Assembly (NCBI GenBank): GCA_934670115.1
Contig: CAKUOV010000005.1
Location: 172 to 64,171 of the forward strand
Length of the DNA: 64,000 bases
Direction: 5' to 3'
Origin: an uncultured Eggerthellaceae bacterium
GTDB taxonomy: Bacteria; Actinomycetota; Coriobacteriia; Coriobacteriales; Eggerthellaceae
Shown one piece after another: positions 17,943 through 27,222 of the stretch. Below the pieces are notes generated by a model that made no database searches, was not told the origin of the DNA, and saw only the letters and a program-made list of their open reading frames with translations. Position numbers and translations under genes: made by a program. Within the stretch, counting starts at the first letter, position 1. The number at the start of each line of letters is the position of its first letter.

Positions 17943-19400
17943 ATGAAAGCTACACAGTTTAAGAAAAAACTGCTGTCTCTTGCGCTTGCGGCGCTCCTTG
18001 CGGTCGCCTTGCCTGGAGCGGCATTGGCGGCGCCGTCGGGCGGCAACGACGTGCAAGACACAAAGGTGACCATCAACGACTTGCAGGTGGGCGATACGGT
18101 TGAGGCGTTTCTTATTGCGGATGCGCAAATTGACGCCTCCAACAACTTGACCTACAGCTTTGCCGCAAACGTGCCTGCTCCCTATAACACCGTTGAGGGT
18201 CTGAAGGACATTACGAGCGATGGCTATACGTTCGCGCAGGGTTCTGACATGCAGACTGCCGCCGGTACTATTGCTGGGGCCCTTGTCAACGATACTGCAG
18301 CAGCTACTGCTACCGCAACAGCCACCAGTGCCGATCTGACCCTTGGTTCCGGTTATTACCTGGTGCGCGTTACGTCTACCAGCGGAAATACGCGTGTGTA
18401 CCAGAACATGGTCGTGAACGTCTCTCCTGTTGCCGGCACCGCTGGCTACCAGGCAGCGGCTGATTTCGCGGTTAACGTGAAAAGCACGCCCGTGAGCATT
18501 ACGAAGGGCGTTGGCGAAGGCTACGCACCTACAACCGATAAATACTCCGCGGGCGACACCGTTCCATTCCAGATTACTACGGCCGTTCCAAGCTATCCAG
18601 CAGACTCTCCTTACGCAACGTTCGTGATTGGCGACAAGCCCACTGCTGGTCTTGAAATTGACATGAGCAGCATTACGGTAACAGGTGCAAACGCTGGCGA
18701 CTACAATGTTGCCGCTGATGGCAATGGCTATACTATCACCTTCACCAAGACGTTCATCCTGAACAATCCTGGTCAGAACATTACGGTTAAGTACAATGCA
18801 AAGCTCACTTCTGCCGCTTTCTCCCATGATGCAACCGACGTAACGGGCAACACCGCAAAAGTCACGTTCAACCCCAACCCCTATCAGGATTCCACGGTAG
18901 AGTCTGGTAGCATTACGACCGTTCAGACCTACGGTTTTGTATTCTCCAAGGTTGGCGAGGATAAAGAAGGTGTCCAGACTCCTCTTGAGGGCGCCGTATT
19001 CACCCTGTACGACAGCACGGGAACTAACGCCATTCTTGATGAGAACGGTACCGCGCGTACCTGCACGTCTGCTATTGTCAATGGCGTGGCCTACGTGTAC
19101 TTCGAGGATCTTGCGGCAGGCACTTATGTAGTGAAGGAAACGGGCGTTCCTTCGGGATTCCTGAAGGCTTCCGATCAGACCATCACGCTGAACGCGGACG
19201 TTTGCAAGGGCAACAACCCGGCAACGACCGATGCTGAAAACAACTACCTGGTCATTGGCGATTCCGTGGTTGACAAACCCGTCCCCGATCTGCCTATCAC
19301 CGGCGGTGCTGGCACCTTCGCAATCACTGCTGTTGGTCTGATTCTTGTGGGCGGCGGCATTTTCCTTGCCGTTCGTTCGCGTCGCAAGGAAGAGAACTAA
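17943..19400 (+). CDS. Major pilin (isopeptide-forming SpaA-like fimbrial subunit)
   Basis: It has a signal peptide, an E-box-like GTYVVKETGVPSGF, and an LPITG sorting signal followed by a hydrophobic segment and an RSRRKEE tail. Its position is between the tip pilin and the class C sortase. Confidence 0.8.
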   Translation: MKATQFKKKLLSLALAALLAVALPGAALAAPSGGNDVQDTKVTINDLQVGDTVEAFLIADAQIDASNNLTYSFAANVPAPYNTVEGLKDITSDGYTFAQGSDMQTAAGTIAGALVNDTAAATATATATSADLTLGSGYYLVRVTSTSGNTRVYQNMVVNVSPVAGTAGYQAAADFAVNVKSTPVSITKGVGEGYAPTTDKYSAGDTVPFQITTAVPSYPADSPYATFVIGDKPTAGLEIDMSSITVTGANAGDYNVAADGNGYTITFTKTFILNNPGQNITVKYNAKLTSAAFSHDATDVTGNTAKVTFNPNPYQDSTVESGSITTVQTYGFVFSKVGEDKEGVQTPLEGAVFTLYDSTGTNAILDENGTARTCTSAIVNGVAYVYFEDLAAGTYVVKETGVPSGFLKASDQTITLNADVCKGNNPATTDAENNYLVIGDSVVDKPVPDLPITGGAGTFAITAVGLILVGGGIFLAVRSRRKEEN

Positions 19401-19450
19401 TTCGCCGATAGTCTGCTGATGGTACACTAGGCAGAACATGTGACAGCTTC

Positions 19451-19484
19451 GGGAGGGGCTTGATGTCCCTCCCGTTGTTTTTTA
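19451..19484 (+). terminator. Intrinsic terminator/attenuator between the major pilin and the sortase
   Basis: GGGAGGG-gcttgatgt-CCCTCCC is followed by GTTGTTTTTT. It lies inside the 5' end of the track ORF 19460..20470, which argues for the downstream GTG (19502) as the real sortase start. Confidence 0.65.
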
Positions 19485-19501
19485 CGGGAAGAGCAATACC
19501 T

Positions 19502-20470
19502 GTGAATTCTAAGCTCCGAAGAATACTGATATTTGTCTCTTTAACGCTAGGCTTGGCGTGTCTGGCGTATCCTGTTGCAAGCAATCTTATTATCAGCGCT
19601 GCTCAGGAAAAGGTTGCCAAAGAAAACATTGTGGCAGTAGAGCAGCTTCCCAATGAAGAAATCGAGTCGCTGAAGGCCGAGGCGCTTGATTATAACGACC
19701 GTCTTGCCAAGGGCATGACGTACGTGAGCGATCCCTTTGACCCTGATCGTCCGTCAATTGATTCAGATGAATATGCCAGGGCTATGTCGGTGTCTGGCCA
19801 AGAAGCAATGGCGGTAATCAGGATTCCTTCCTTGGGAATTTTTGTACCCATCTATCACGGAACATCCGAAGACGTTTTGAAGCGGGGCGCGGGACATCTT
19901 GCGGGAACGTCGCTACCCATTGGTGGCACCACGTCACATTGCGTTGTGGCTGGTCATACGGGGTTGCCTTCTGTGAAAATCTTTGATCGCCTTGAAGAAA
20001 TCAAAAAAGGCGAATACATATTCTTTGAAGCTTTGGGCGAAACGCTTTGTTATAAGGTAACATGCATTGAGATTGTTGAGCCCCAGGAAACAGATTCGCT
20101 CGCAATGGTGAACGGAAAAGACTTAATCACCCTGGTAACCTGTACTCCTTACGGAATCAACTCTCATAGACTTCTTGTGCAGGGGGAACGCTGCGAGTTG
20201 CCGGAAGAAGACGTAACTGCAATTGAGAATGAGTCTCCTCGCTGGGATGTGACGCTTGCTTCGGTGCTTCCCGAATTGATATTGGGCTTTGCTGCCATTG
20301 CGGTTTTGCTTTTTGCTGTTTTTTCGTTGCGCAGAAGGCGGCAGAAAAGCCGCAATGCTTCACAAATGTGCACCGACATGGGAAAACGCTCTGCCATGCA
20401 GAAACATCCCGCTGCACAGAGGCATCAGCCTTCAGTTTCAAGAAAAACGGGGCCGCCGCGAAAGGGGTAG
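19502..20470 (+). CDS. srtC: Class C (pilus-polymerising) sortase
   Basis: It has an N-terminal TM segment, HTGLP (catalytic His region), LITLVTCTPYGINSHRLLVQGER (TLxTC catalytic Cys plus Arg), and a C-terminal TM anchor plus basic tail. Confidence 0.85.
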   Translation: MNSKLRRILIFVSLTLGLACLAYPVASNLIISAAQEKVAKENIVAVEQLPNEEIESLKAEALDYNDRLAKGMTYVSDPFDPDRPSIDSDEYARAMSVSGQEAMAVIRIPSLGIFVPIYHGTSEDVLKRGAGHLAGTSLPIGGTTSHCVVAGHTGLPSVKIFDRLEEIKKGEYIFFEALGETLCYKVTCIEIVEPQETDSLAMVNGKDLITLVTCTPYGINSHRLLVQGERCELPEEDVTAIENESPRWDVTLASVLPELILGFAAIAVLLFAVFSLRRRRQKSRNASQMCTDMGKRSAMQKHPAAQRHQPSVSRKTGPPRKG

Positions 20471-20473
20471 AGC

Positions 20474-21913
20474 ATGATAGTCAGCAAGCAAAACCAAAAT
20501 ATTGCCATTGTTGCCGCGGTCGCCATTCTTTTGGCCACAGCCTGCGTGGTCGCCTACCTTGGTCTGGGCTTGGTCGCTCGTGGTAACGCGGAATCGTATG
20601 TGCTTGTTGCTATTGTTATGATTGTTGCTGTTGCATCGATTTTTGTTTCCGCCATGCTCCTGCTGCTTCTTTTTCGTGCCAAAAGGTGGATTAGTAACAA
20701 AAACGAGCAAATCGAAAGCCTAGAAAAGCTCATTTCCGCTAGCGATGGCGCACTGGAAACCCTTGCTGATTACGCCGAGTCAAAAGAGCAAAGGCGACTG
20801 TCCGAGATGTCGGCTTTTGTTCCAAGCGGAATGCACCGATGCTATCTGGGCGACCCTATTCACCTGGAATATGCCAGCGAAAGCCTTGTGCGCATGACTG
20901 GCTACGCCGTTCAGGAATTTGTGGATCGTATTGGTCCCGATCGGAATTACTGCCAGGTCATTTACGAGCCCGACCGCATCAATTTCGTTGAATTCGTTTA
21001 CAAGCTTGCCGCAAAACCGGGCGTGGCAACGTGTGAGTACCGGCTTGAACGCAAAGATGGTTCGCTGATTTATGTTCTTGACACCATGGAGTCGCGCCGC
21101 AACGCCAACGGCATTATGCGCGGGTATTCTTCTGTGGCCGATATCACCGAGTACAAAATGCGTCAGGAATATGACGAGCAGATACTAGGCGAAATTTCCA
21201 AAATGCTCACCTTGGCGCGTTTGAAGAATTCGGCAAGCCAGATGCAGCCTCACTTTCTTTACAACGCTCTTGCTTCCATTCGTGAGGTTATCCTTGACGA
21301 CCCCGAATACGCATCCAACCTCATCTTGGACTTTTCCACGCATTTACGTGCTTGTATTCGATCTATGTCAAGCGATGCTCTGATTTCCTTCAGCGAGGAG
21401 CTGGCCAACATTAAAGCGTACGAGCATATTGAGAAGATGCGTTTTGGCGAAAGGCTTAATGTCCTCTACAATATTGAAGACGATGATTTCAAGATTGTGC
21501 CGCTGAGTATTCAGCCGCTTGTGGAGAACGCGATTAAGCACGGTATTTTCGACAAAGAAGAAGGCGTTGTTACGGTGAATGTACGACGTATTGATGGCGG
21601 ACATGTTATTGAGGTCATTGATGACGGCGTTGGGTTTGACGTTGATGAAGTTAGGCAGCAGATTCTCTTGGGCGAAAGGGATTCTGTGGGCCTTATCAAC
21701 CTTGAATACTGGTTGAACCAGATTCTGGGCGCGCAGATTACGTTCGAGAGCGTTTTGGGGTCGGGAACGAAAGTAACCGTTGTGGTTCCCGAGGCCGACG
21801 AACAGCCTGGTGGGCAGGGTGATTTTGAGCTCCAAGGGGAACTTGAGCTTACGGATGTCGATCAGAGCAACGGTTTTGCGCCAACGTATTTTTGGTCTTA
21901 CGAGCGAATGTAA
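20474..21913 (+). CDS. Membrane sensor histidine kinase, LytS/YehU-type (His_kinase + HATPase_c) with PAS-like domain
   Basis: It has two N-terminal TM segments, a PAS-like segment (LEYASESLVRMTGYAVQEFV...YRLERKDGSLIYVLD), QMQPHFLYNALASIREVI (PF06580-type H-box), and LSIQPLVENAIKHG / DDGVGF / GLINL ATPase motifs. Confidence 0.8.
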   Translation: MIVSKQNQNIAIVAAVAILLATACVVAYLGLGLVARGNAESYVLVAIVMIVAVASIFVSAMLLLLLFRAKRWISNKNEQIESLEKLISASDGALETLADYAESKEQRRLSEMSAFVPSGMHRCYLGDPIHLEYASESLVRMTGYAVQEFVDRIGPDRNYCQVIYEPDRINFVEFVYKLAAKPGVATCEYRLERKDGSLIYVLDTMESRRNANGIMRGYSSVADITEYKMRQEYDEQILGEISKMLTLARLKNSASQMQPHFLYNALASIREVILDDPEYASNLILDFSTHLRACIRSMSSDALISFSEELANIKAYEHIEKMRFGERLNVLYNIEDDDFKIVPLSIQPLVENAIKHGIFDKEEGVVTVNVRRIDGGHVIEVIDDGVGFDVDEVRQQILLGERDSVGLINLEYWLNQILGAQITFESVLGSGTKVTVVVPEADEQPGGQGDFELQGELELTDVDQSNGFAPTYFWSYERM

Positions 21914-21947
21914 ACGCCCGTTTGCAGAGAGCGAGGGGGGGACCGCC

Positions 21948-22732
21948 ATGAGGGCGATTATTGTCGATGACGAGCCAATCATGATAAAAGGCTTCATTCG
22001 AATGAGTGCGAGCATAGAAGACCTGCAGATAGTAGGGCGGTTCCAAAAGCCGCTCGAGGCGTTGGCCTTCGCAAAAGAAAACCCATTGATATCGCTTTTC
22101 TTGATGCAAGAATGCCAAAAATGTCCGGCATTGAACTTGCGGAGCACCTGCGCGAGATTGACCCTAAAGTGCTCATTGTGTTCTTGTCTGCTTACGGGGA
22201 ATATGTTTTGGACTCGAATCGTATTGGTGCCGACTATTACATTATGAAACCGTACACGGAAGAAACGCTTGAACTGGCCATGGAACGCATGCGCTTGCTT
22301 GCGGCGCGTCAGCGAAAGCGTCTGTTCGCGCAGACGTTTGGGCGATTTATCCTGTTCAGGGGCGACGAGCCGGTTCCATTGACGGGCAAGGCTAAAGAAA
22401 TTCTAGCGTTTGTAGTTGTCCGGCGTGGCAAAGAGGCCAGCAACGAGGAAATTTACAGCGCTCTTTGGGAGGGCAGGCCGTACAGCAATCAGCTCATGAA
22501 GGTCTATTACAACGCACTTTCTCGACTGAAGGCGGCTTTGGCGGAAAAAAGCTTGTCTGATCTGCTTATCTCCACGCCGCGTGGGCAAATTATCAACACG
22601 GCAATGCTCGATTGCGATTATTACGATTGGCAGGATAAGACTAGTACCGATCGGGATAGGTTCGAAGGGGAGTTTCTTGCGGAATACTCCTGGGGTGAGC
22701 AAATGCTTGCAGAAATTATTTATAACTCCTGA
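21948..22732 (+). pseudogene. Response regulator (REC + winged-helix, SARP-like output) interrupted by a 1-nt frameshift
   Basis: The REC N-terminus MRAIIVDDEPIMIKGF...FAKENP reads in frame 0 from 21948. The rest of REC (IDIAFLDARMPKMSGIELAEHL...VFLSAYGEY...YYIMKPY) plus the wHTH reads in the +2 frame from about 22082. The junction lies in GCAAAAGAAAACCCATTGAT (22071-22090). One extra C or A would restore ...KENPIDIAFLD... Confidence 0.75.
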
Positions 22733-22747
22733 TGAGGTGCTTGTTTC

Positions 22748-23749
22748 ATGGGGTTAAAAAAGCTGGTAGAACAAGAAGTGCGCAAAGGGTCGTCCTCTAT
22801 GGATGAGTCCTGCGGTGGCGCGCGAGAGAGGTGCGGTGCGCGTAAAAAGAGGAGCATCCTTGATTCCGTCCGCTTTGTTTTGGGCATTTGCCTCATCATC
22901 GTGGGTGTTGGGCTTGTTTTTGCGCCTAACATTAGCACGGCAATCTCGCAAAAAGGCGTGAATGAGCGGGTGGTTCAAATCCAGGAAAGCCTGAGCGCCG
23001 CGCCCGATTCGTCCGAAGGCGTGGGCAACCCATCGACCGTTGTTGACGAAATTGAGCCCCTTAAAGCGTATAACGCCGAAGTACGCGAAGGCGTTCGCAC
23101 CGTTAATGATCCGTTTGGCTTTGCGGACGTGCCTTTTGACGCTTTTGCGCAGTACGGGCTTTCCGATGGAATTATCGGTACTGTTGATATTCCCGCAATG
23201 GATACCAAGCTGCCCTTGTACCTGGGCGCATCGGATGCGAATTTGGCGAAGGGCGCAGCTGTGGTGTCGGGGACTAGCATGCCATTAGGCGAAGAGAGCT
23301 CGAATTGTGTGATTGCGGCGCATCGGGTGCCGCAGTTCAGGAGTATTGAGACGCTTGCTGTGGGCGATGGCGTTGAGGTCACGACTCCTTGGCAGGTTAT
23401 GCGTTACCGCGTTGCAGAGGTGCAGATTATTACGCCCAACGATACGGAAGCGCTTGCTGTTCGGCCTGGTCAGGACTTGGTTACGCTTCTAACATGTCAT
23501 CCTTACGATGGAAATTACCAGCGCTATTTGGTGATTTGCGAAAGGGATGACCAGGTGCAAGTTGCGCAGAAGGGTGTTGTGGAACATGTTGCCGATTTCG
23601 CGGAAAACGTGGCCCATGGAACCGTGCCCACAACGCAGTTGGAGGATGCGTTGAAAGTGGCGCTTGCGGTCTTCTTGGCGCTCTTCCTGGTGGTTGAATG
23701 CGTTGCTGTCATCATCCGCCGCCGTCGTAAGCGCCGCACGCAAGCGTAG
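22748..23749 (+). CDS. srtC: Second class C sortase
   Basis: It has an N-terminal TM segment, VIAAHRVPQF (His region), LVTLLTCHPYDGNYQRYLVICER (catalytic Cys/Arg), and a C-terminal TM segment plus RRRRKRR. Confidence 0.85.
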   Translation: MGLKKLVEQEVRKGSSSMDESCGGARERCGARKKRSILDSVRFVLGICLIIVGVGLVFAPNISTAISQKGVNERVVQIQESLSAAPDSSEGVGNPSTVVDEIEPLKAYNAEVREGVRTVNDPFGFADVPFDAFAQYGLSDGIIGTVDIPAMDTKLPLYLGASDANLAKGAAVVSGTSMPLGEESSNCVIAAHRVPQFRSIETLAVGDGVEVTTPWQVMRYRVAEVQIITPNDTEALAVRPGQDLVTLLTCHPYDGNYQRYLVICERDDQVQVAQKGVVEHVADFAENVAHGTVPTTQLEDALKVALAVFLALFLVVECVAVIIRRRRKRRTQA

Positions 23750-23786
23750 CGGGTGGATTTACTTGAAATTAGCGGAAGGGGGGAGT

Positions 23787-25271
23787 ATGTCAGAGCAGTT
23801 GCCTAAATATGAGTATGCGAACATCGACTTGAGCAATCCGGGTGCATTGCTTAAATACGCAAAGAAACTGGAAGGGCATACCTTTCGGGAAGTGCTTGAC
23901 TTGGGGATTACGCCAGAGGGGTTGGCTGGTAAGACCGAATACGATGACGTAGCGTACAAAGGTGGTGTGGGCACTCTTATTGAAGAGCGCTATTTCGGTT
24001 ACAAGGCGAATAGCGATGCTCATGCAGACTTTGAAAAGGCGGGCGTTGAGCTTAAAACAACCTGTTTTGACACAAGAGAAGATGGATCAATTCGTGCAGG
24101 TGAACGCCTTGTTTTGGGTATGATTGCCTACGATGAGAGCATTGAGGCAAGTCTTGAAGATTCGCATATGTGGGAAAAAGGCAGTAATGTTTTGCTTATT
24201 TACTATGGGCGAGATAAGTCCATTGATAAATATGACCAGCGTATCGAACATATAGTTCTTTTCACGCCGCCCGAATCGGATATGGCAATTATCCGCGAAG
24301 ATTATGAGACCATTCAGCGCTATATCACCGAAGGTCGTGCGGATGAGCTCTCGGAATCGCTCACACGTTATCTGGGTGCTTGTACAAAAGGCGCAACGCG
24401 TGAGAAGAGCATGCGAGACCAAAAGGTGTATGCGCCTGGTAAGTTGGCCCGCGGGCGCGCATGGTGCTACAAGAACAGCTATATGAACTCTGTTCTTAAT
24501 GATTATGTCATCGGTTTTGATGGCGGCGAATCTATTGTCAAAGACCCAGTTCAGCTCCAAGGTCGTACGTTTGAAGAATTCGTTATCTCTCTTATTGAGC
24601 CCTATATTGGAATGCAGGATGTAGAAATAGCAAGAAGCGTTGGGCTCGAGACCGATCCTAGAAACAAGTCTTTTTGGAGGATGATTGCTTATCGCATGCT
24701 TGGCCTCAATGGCGAGACAGCAAAAGAGTTCGAAAAAGCGAACATCTCAGTGCGCACCGTTCGCATTGAGGGGCGCGGTGCAATAAGGGAAAGCTTCCCC
24801 TTGCCGCCCTTTAAATTCATGAATCTTGTCGCGGAAGAAGATTGGGAAGAAAGCGAGCTTTACGAACGTTTCGATGGAACCCGCTATTTCTTTGTTGCAT
24901 TCGAAGAAAGTGACGGTTCGTACCGCTTTAAGGGTGCAAAGTTTTGGTCGATGTCGCGCTCGGATGTTGACGGTCCGCTGCGTGAATGCTGGGAAAACGC
25001 TCGGGACAGAGTTCGTTCTGGTATCAAGTTCACGAAAAAGGTTCAACAATCAGGAAAAACTGTCATTTACAATAATCTGCCGGGCATGTCGGAAAATCCT
25101 GTCGCCCACGTTCGTCCGCATGCGCCACTTTCCGCATACAAGCTTGATGATGGGACGGTTGTTGGCGACATCGATAAACATGGCGATGAACTGCCAGACG
25201 GGCAATGGATGACGAAGCAAAGTTTTTGGTTGAACAATGACTATGTTTACGAAATCGTGAAAGATATTTGA
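23787..25271 (+). CDS. Type II restriction endonuclease, Sau3AI/MutH family (GATC-type predicted)
   Basis: The ATG at 23787 follows GGAAGGGGGGAG; the track start at 23664 overlaps the sortase. It has a MutH-like N-domain (GGVGTLIEERYFGYKANSDAHADFEKAGVELKTT). QRYITEGRADELSESLTRYLGACTKGA and the C-terminal WMTKQSFWLNNDY closely resemble the Sau3AI sequence as I remember it. Confidence 0.85.
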   Translation: MSEQLPKYEYANIDLSNPGALLKYAKKLEGHTFREVLDLGITPEGLAGKTEYDDVAYKGGVGTLIEERYFGYKANSDAHADFEKAGVELKTTCFDTREDGSIRAGERLVLGMIAYDESIEASLEDSHMWEKGSNVLLIYYGRDKSIDKYDQRIEHIVLFTPPESDMAIIREDYETIQRYITEGRADELSESLTRYLGACTKGATREKSMRDQKVYAPGKLARGRAWCYKNSYMNSVLNDYVIGFDGGESIVKDPVQLQGRTFEEFVISLIEPYIGMQDVEIARSVGLETDPRNKSFWRMIAYRMLGLNGETAKEFEKANISVRTVRIEGRGAIRESFPLPPFKFMNLVAEEDWEESELYERFDGTRYFFVAFEESDGSYRFKGAKFWSMSRSDVDGPLRECWENARDRVRSGIKFTKKVQQSGKTVIYNNLPGMSENPVAHVRPHAPLSAYKLDDGTVVGDIDKHGDELPDGQWMTKQSFWLNNDYVYEIVKDI

Positions 25272-25472
25272 GCGGGGCTTTGGAGAACGTATGCCGGCTT
25301 TGCTTCCGATTTCTATTTAAGGATTTTCTTGGTGTCCAATTTGTTGCCCATGCGGAATCAGCGAATGCTCGATTATGTTTAAAATCGATCTTGACAGGAA
25401 AGGTCGATTGATCGATCATGGATAATCAGATAGAATAGCAAGTTCGAGAAGACGCGTTCCAAAGGGAATAAA

Positions 25473-26747
25473 GTGACTAAAAGCACTATTAAAGTAGCAG
25501 AGCTTTTTGCGGGCGTTGGCGGATTTCGCCTGGGTCTGGAGGGCTATCATTCGGACGAGCATCCGGAGTTTGACCTGCCGTCGGCTGGCCCTTTTAAGAC
25601 TATCTGGGCGAATCAGTGGGAGCCGCCTGGAACGCCGGGAAAGCAGTTTGCTTGGCGTTGCTATGAAGAACGTTTTGGTGCAGGCAGCTGCGTGAATGAA
25701 GATATCAATAAAGTTCTTGATGAATACGAAGCGGGAACGCGTGAAATTCCTGATTTCGACTTGCTGGTGGGAGGCTTCCCCTGCCAGGACTACAGCGTGG
25801 CAAAACCTTTGAAGCACGCTGGTGGTATCGAGGGCAAGAAGGGTGTTTTGTGGTGGGATATCTATCGTATGCTGCATCTGAAGAAGCCTAAGTACCTGCT
25901 TCTGGAGAATGTTGATCGTCTTTTGAAGAGTCCTGTGAAGCAGCGCGGTCGTGATTTTGCAATTATTTTATCGTGCTTGGCAGATGAAGGATACTCAGTG
26001 GAGTGGCGTGTAATTAACGCCGCCGATTATGGTATGCCGCAAAAACGCCGCCGCACTTATATCTTTGGCGTTAAGACCGATGAGACATGGAATCTGGACC
26101 GAACCTTGCTTGAGACGGGAGTCATGGCGAAAGCTTTTCCTGTTGTCGATGGCGTTTCCCGCCGTTCGGAGCTTGATGTTTCGGGCGATCCCTACGATGT
26201 GAGCAAATCGTTCGGACTGGGCATGAAAGTGTCGCCATTTGAGAATGCCGGTGCAATGCAGAATGGACATGTGGTCACTTTCAAGGTCACACCTGATTTT
26301 GAGGGTCCGTTCGCAACGCTTGCGGATGTAATCGTGCCTGATTCTGAGATTCCTGAGCAGTTCTTCATCAAGGAAGAAGCATTGCCTCGTTGGGAATATC
26401 AGCGTTCCGCAAAGAGAGAGCCGCGTACAACGTCGGAGGGTTTCGAGTACATGTATACCGAAGGCGCCATGGCATGGCCCGATCCAACCGATCGTCCTGC
26501 TCGCACCATCTTAACCGGCGAGGGCGGCTCGGCGGCTAGTCGCTCGAAACATGCCATATTGGGCGATTCCGGTCGTATTCGTCGTTTGGTCCCTGATGAG
26601 TTAGACCAGATTCAAATGTTTCCCAAAGGTTGGACCAATACGGGCATGAGTGATGGTAACCGTGCTTTCTGCATGGGAAACGCGCTTGTGGTGGGAATTC
26701 CTCGCAAAATCGGTGCCGAAATTGCACGAAGAAATGATGTGGGCTAA
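25473..26747 (+). CDS. DNA (cytosine-5)-methyltransferase, cognate to the Sau3AI-like enzyme
   Basis: GTG start. The C5-MTase motifs are present: I (ELFAGVGGF), IV (GGFPCQDYS), VI (LLENV), VIII (QKRRR), X (GNALVVG). Confidence 0.9.
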   Translation: MTKSTIKVAELFAGVGGFRLGLEGYHSDEHPEFDLPSAGPFKTIWANQWEPPGTPGKQFAWRCYEERFGAGSCVNEDINKVLDEYEAGTREIPDFDLLVGGFPCQDYSVAKPLKHAGGIEGKKGVLWWDIYRMLHLKKPKYLLLENVDRLLKSPVKQRGRDFAIILSCLADEGYSVEWRVINAADYGMPQKRRRTYIFGVKTDETWNLDRTLLETGVMAKAFPVVDGVSRRSELDVSGDPYDVSKSFGLGMKVSPFENAGAMQNGHVVTFKVTPDFEGPFATLADVIVPDSEIPEQFFIKEEALPRWEYQRSAKREPRTTSEGFEYMYTEGAMAWPDPTDRPARTILTGEGGSAASRSKHAILGDSGRIRRLVPDELDQIQMFPKGWTNTGMSDGNRAFCMGNALVVGIPRKIGAEIARRNDVG

Positions 26748-26770
26748 AGGGGGATTGCCTTTAGCCCACA
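26738..26770. terminator. Hairpin at the methyltransferase 3' end
   Basis: TGTGGGCTAAAGG-gggattg-CCTTTAGCCCACA is a 13-bp perfect stem spanning the stop codon, with only a weak T-tract (TTCGCTTTGG). It sits between convergent genes. Confidence 0.5.
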
Positions 26771-26895
26771 TTCGCTTTGGTTGGTTGCAGCCTTCTTGCA
26801 AAATGGGCGTTGATTTGCGTCAATGCCCATTTTCTAATCCGCTTTTCTTTCCGCTGTTCTAGTTTTAGCCCTGTAGGGCTGCCCCGATTCCTCCC

Positions 26896-27222
26896 TTACC
26901 GCTTGTCTTTCAAATACAGTTTCACGCGGACTTGTTCGCGCGGGTCAGCCTTCTTATTGCGTTGGACAACTTTGCAGCGTACCACGTCTTTGTGGCCAAA
27001 GAAAAGCAGCTGCGCAAGCAGGGAGTTTTTATCGCGTGGTACGTATCCCAGGTGCACGTCCTTGTACTTAATCGCAACGGCGTTGGGGTCGTAGGGATTG
27101 TCGAATTCGGGCACCAGGTCCAGCTTCGTGCCGACTTCCAGTTTACTCAAAACATCGGCGCCATCGTGGCATTGAAATCCGGCAATCAGGAATTGATCGA
27201 TTTGCTTAGTGGGTTCGTACAT
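26896..27222 (-). CDS. Standalone HIRAN-domain protein
   Basis: In this 108-aa ORF, FLIAGFQCHDGADVLSKLEVGTKLDLVPEFDNPYDPNAVAIKYKDVHLGYVPRDKNSLLAQLL matches the HIRAN pattern (G..Y..g......G..l.L.pE.dNpyD.nAv.v......lGYvPr). Confidence 0.7.
   Translation of the reverse strand: MYEPTKQIDQFLIAGFQCHDGADVLSKLEVGTKLDLVPEFDNPYDPNAVAIKYKDVHLGYVPRDKNSLLAQLLFFGHKDVVRCKVVQRNKKADPREQVRVKLYLKDKR

Noticed and set aside
17778-19439. A 553-aa minus-strand ORF lies antisense to the major pilin gene. Similar long antisense ORFs occur at 41932-43515, 46147-48003, 31597-32673, 53624-54955 and 39609-40793.
   Set aside because: Each lies entirely opposite a confidently assigned gene. Each has Arg/Gly/Ala/Val-rich, low-information composition typical of shadow ORFs in GC-rich DNA, and none has a recognisable motif or RBS.
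23664-23786. An upstream extension of the restriction endonuclease ORF overlaps the 3' end of the second sortase gene.
   Set aside because: The extension encodes low-complexity sequence (SSWRSSWWLNALLSSSAAVVSAARK). A strong RBS precedes the ATG at 23787, and the resulting 494-aa protein matches Sau3AI in length.
26896-27222. I considered whether the HIRAN ORF is a truncated fragment of a larger SNF2/helicase gene.
   Set aside because: It has its own start and stop, and the flanking sequence in all frames shows no helicase motifs. I treat it as a genuine standalone HIRAN protein pending a BLASTX check.
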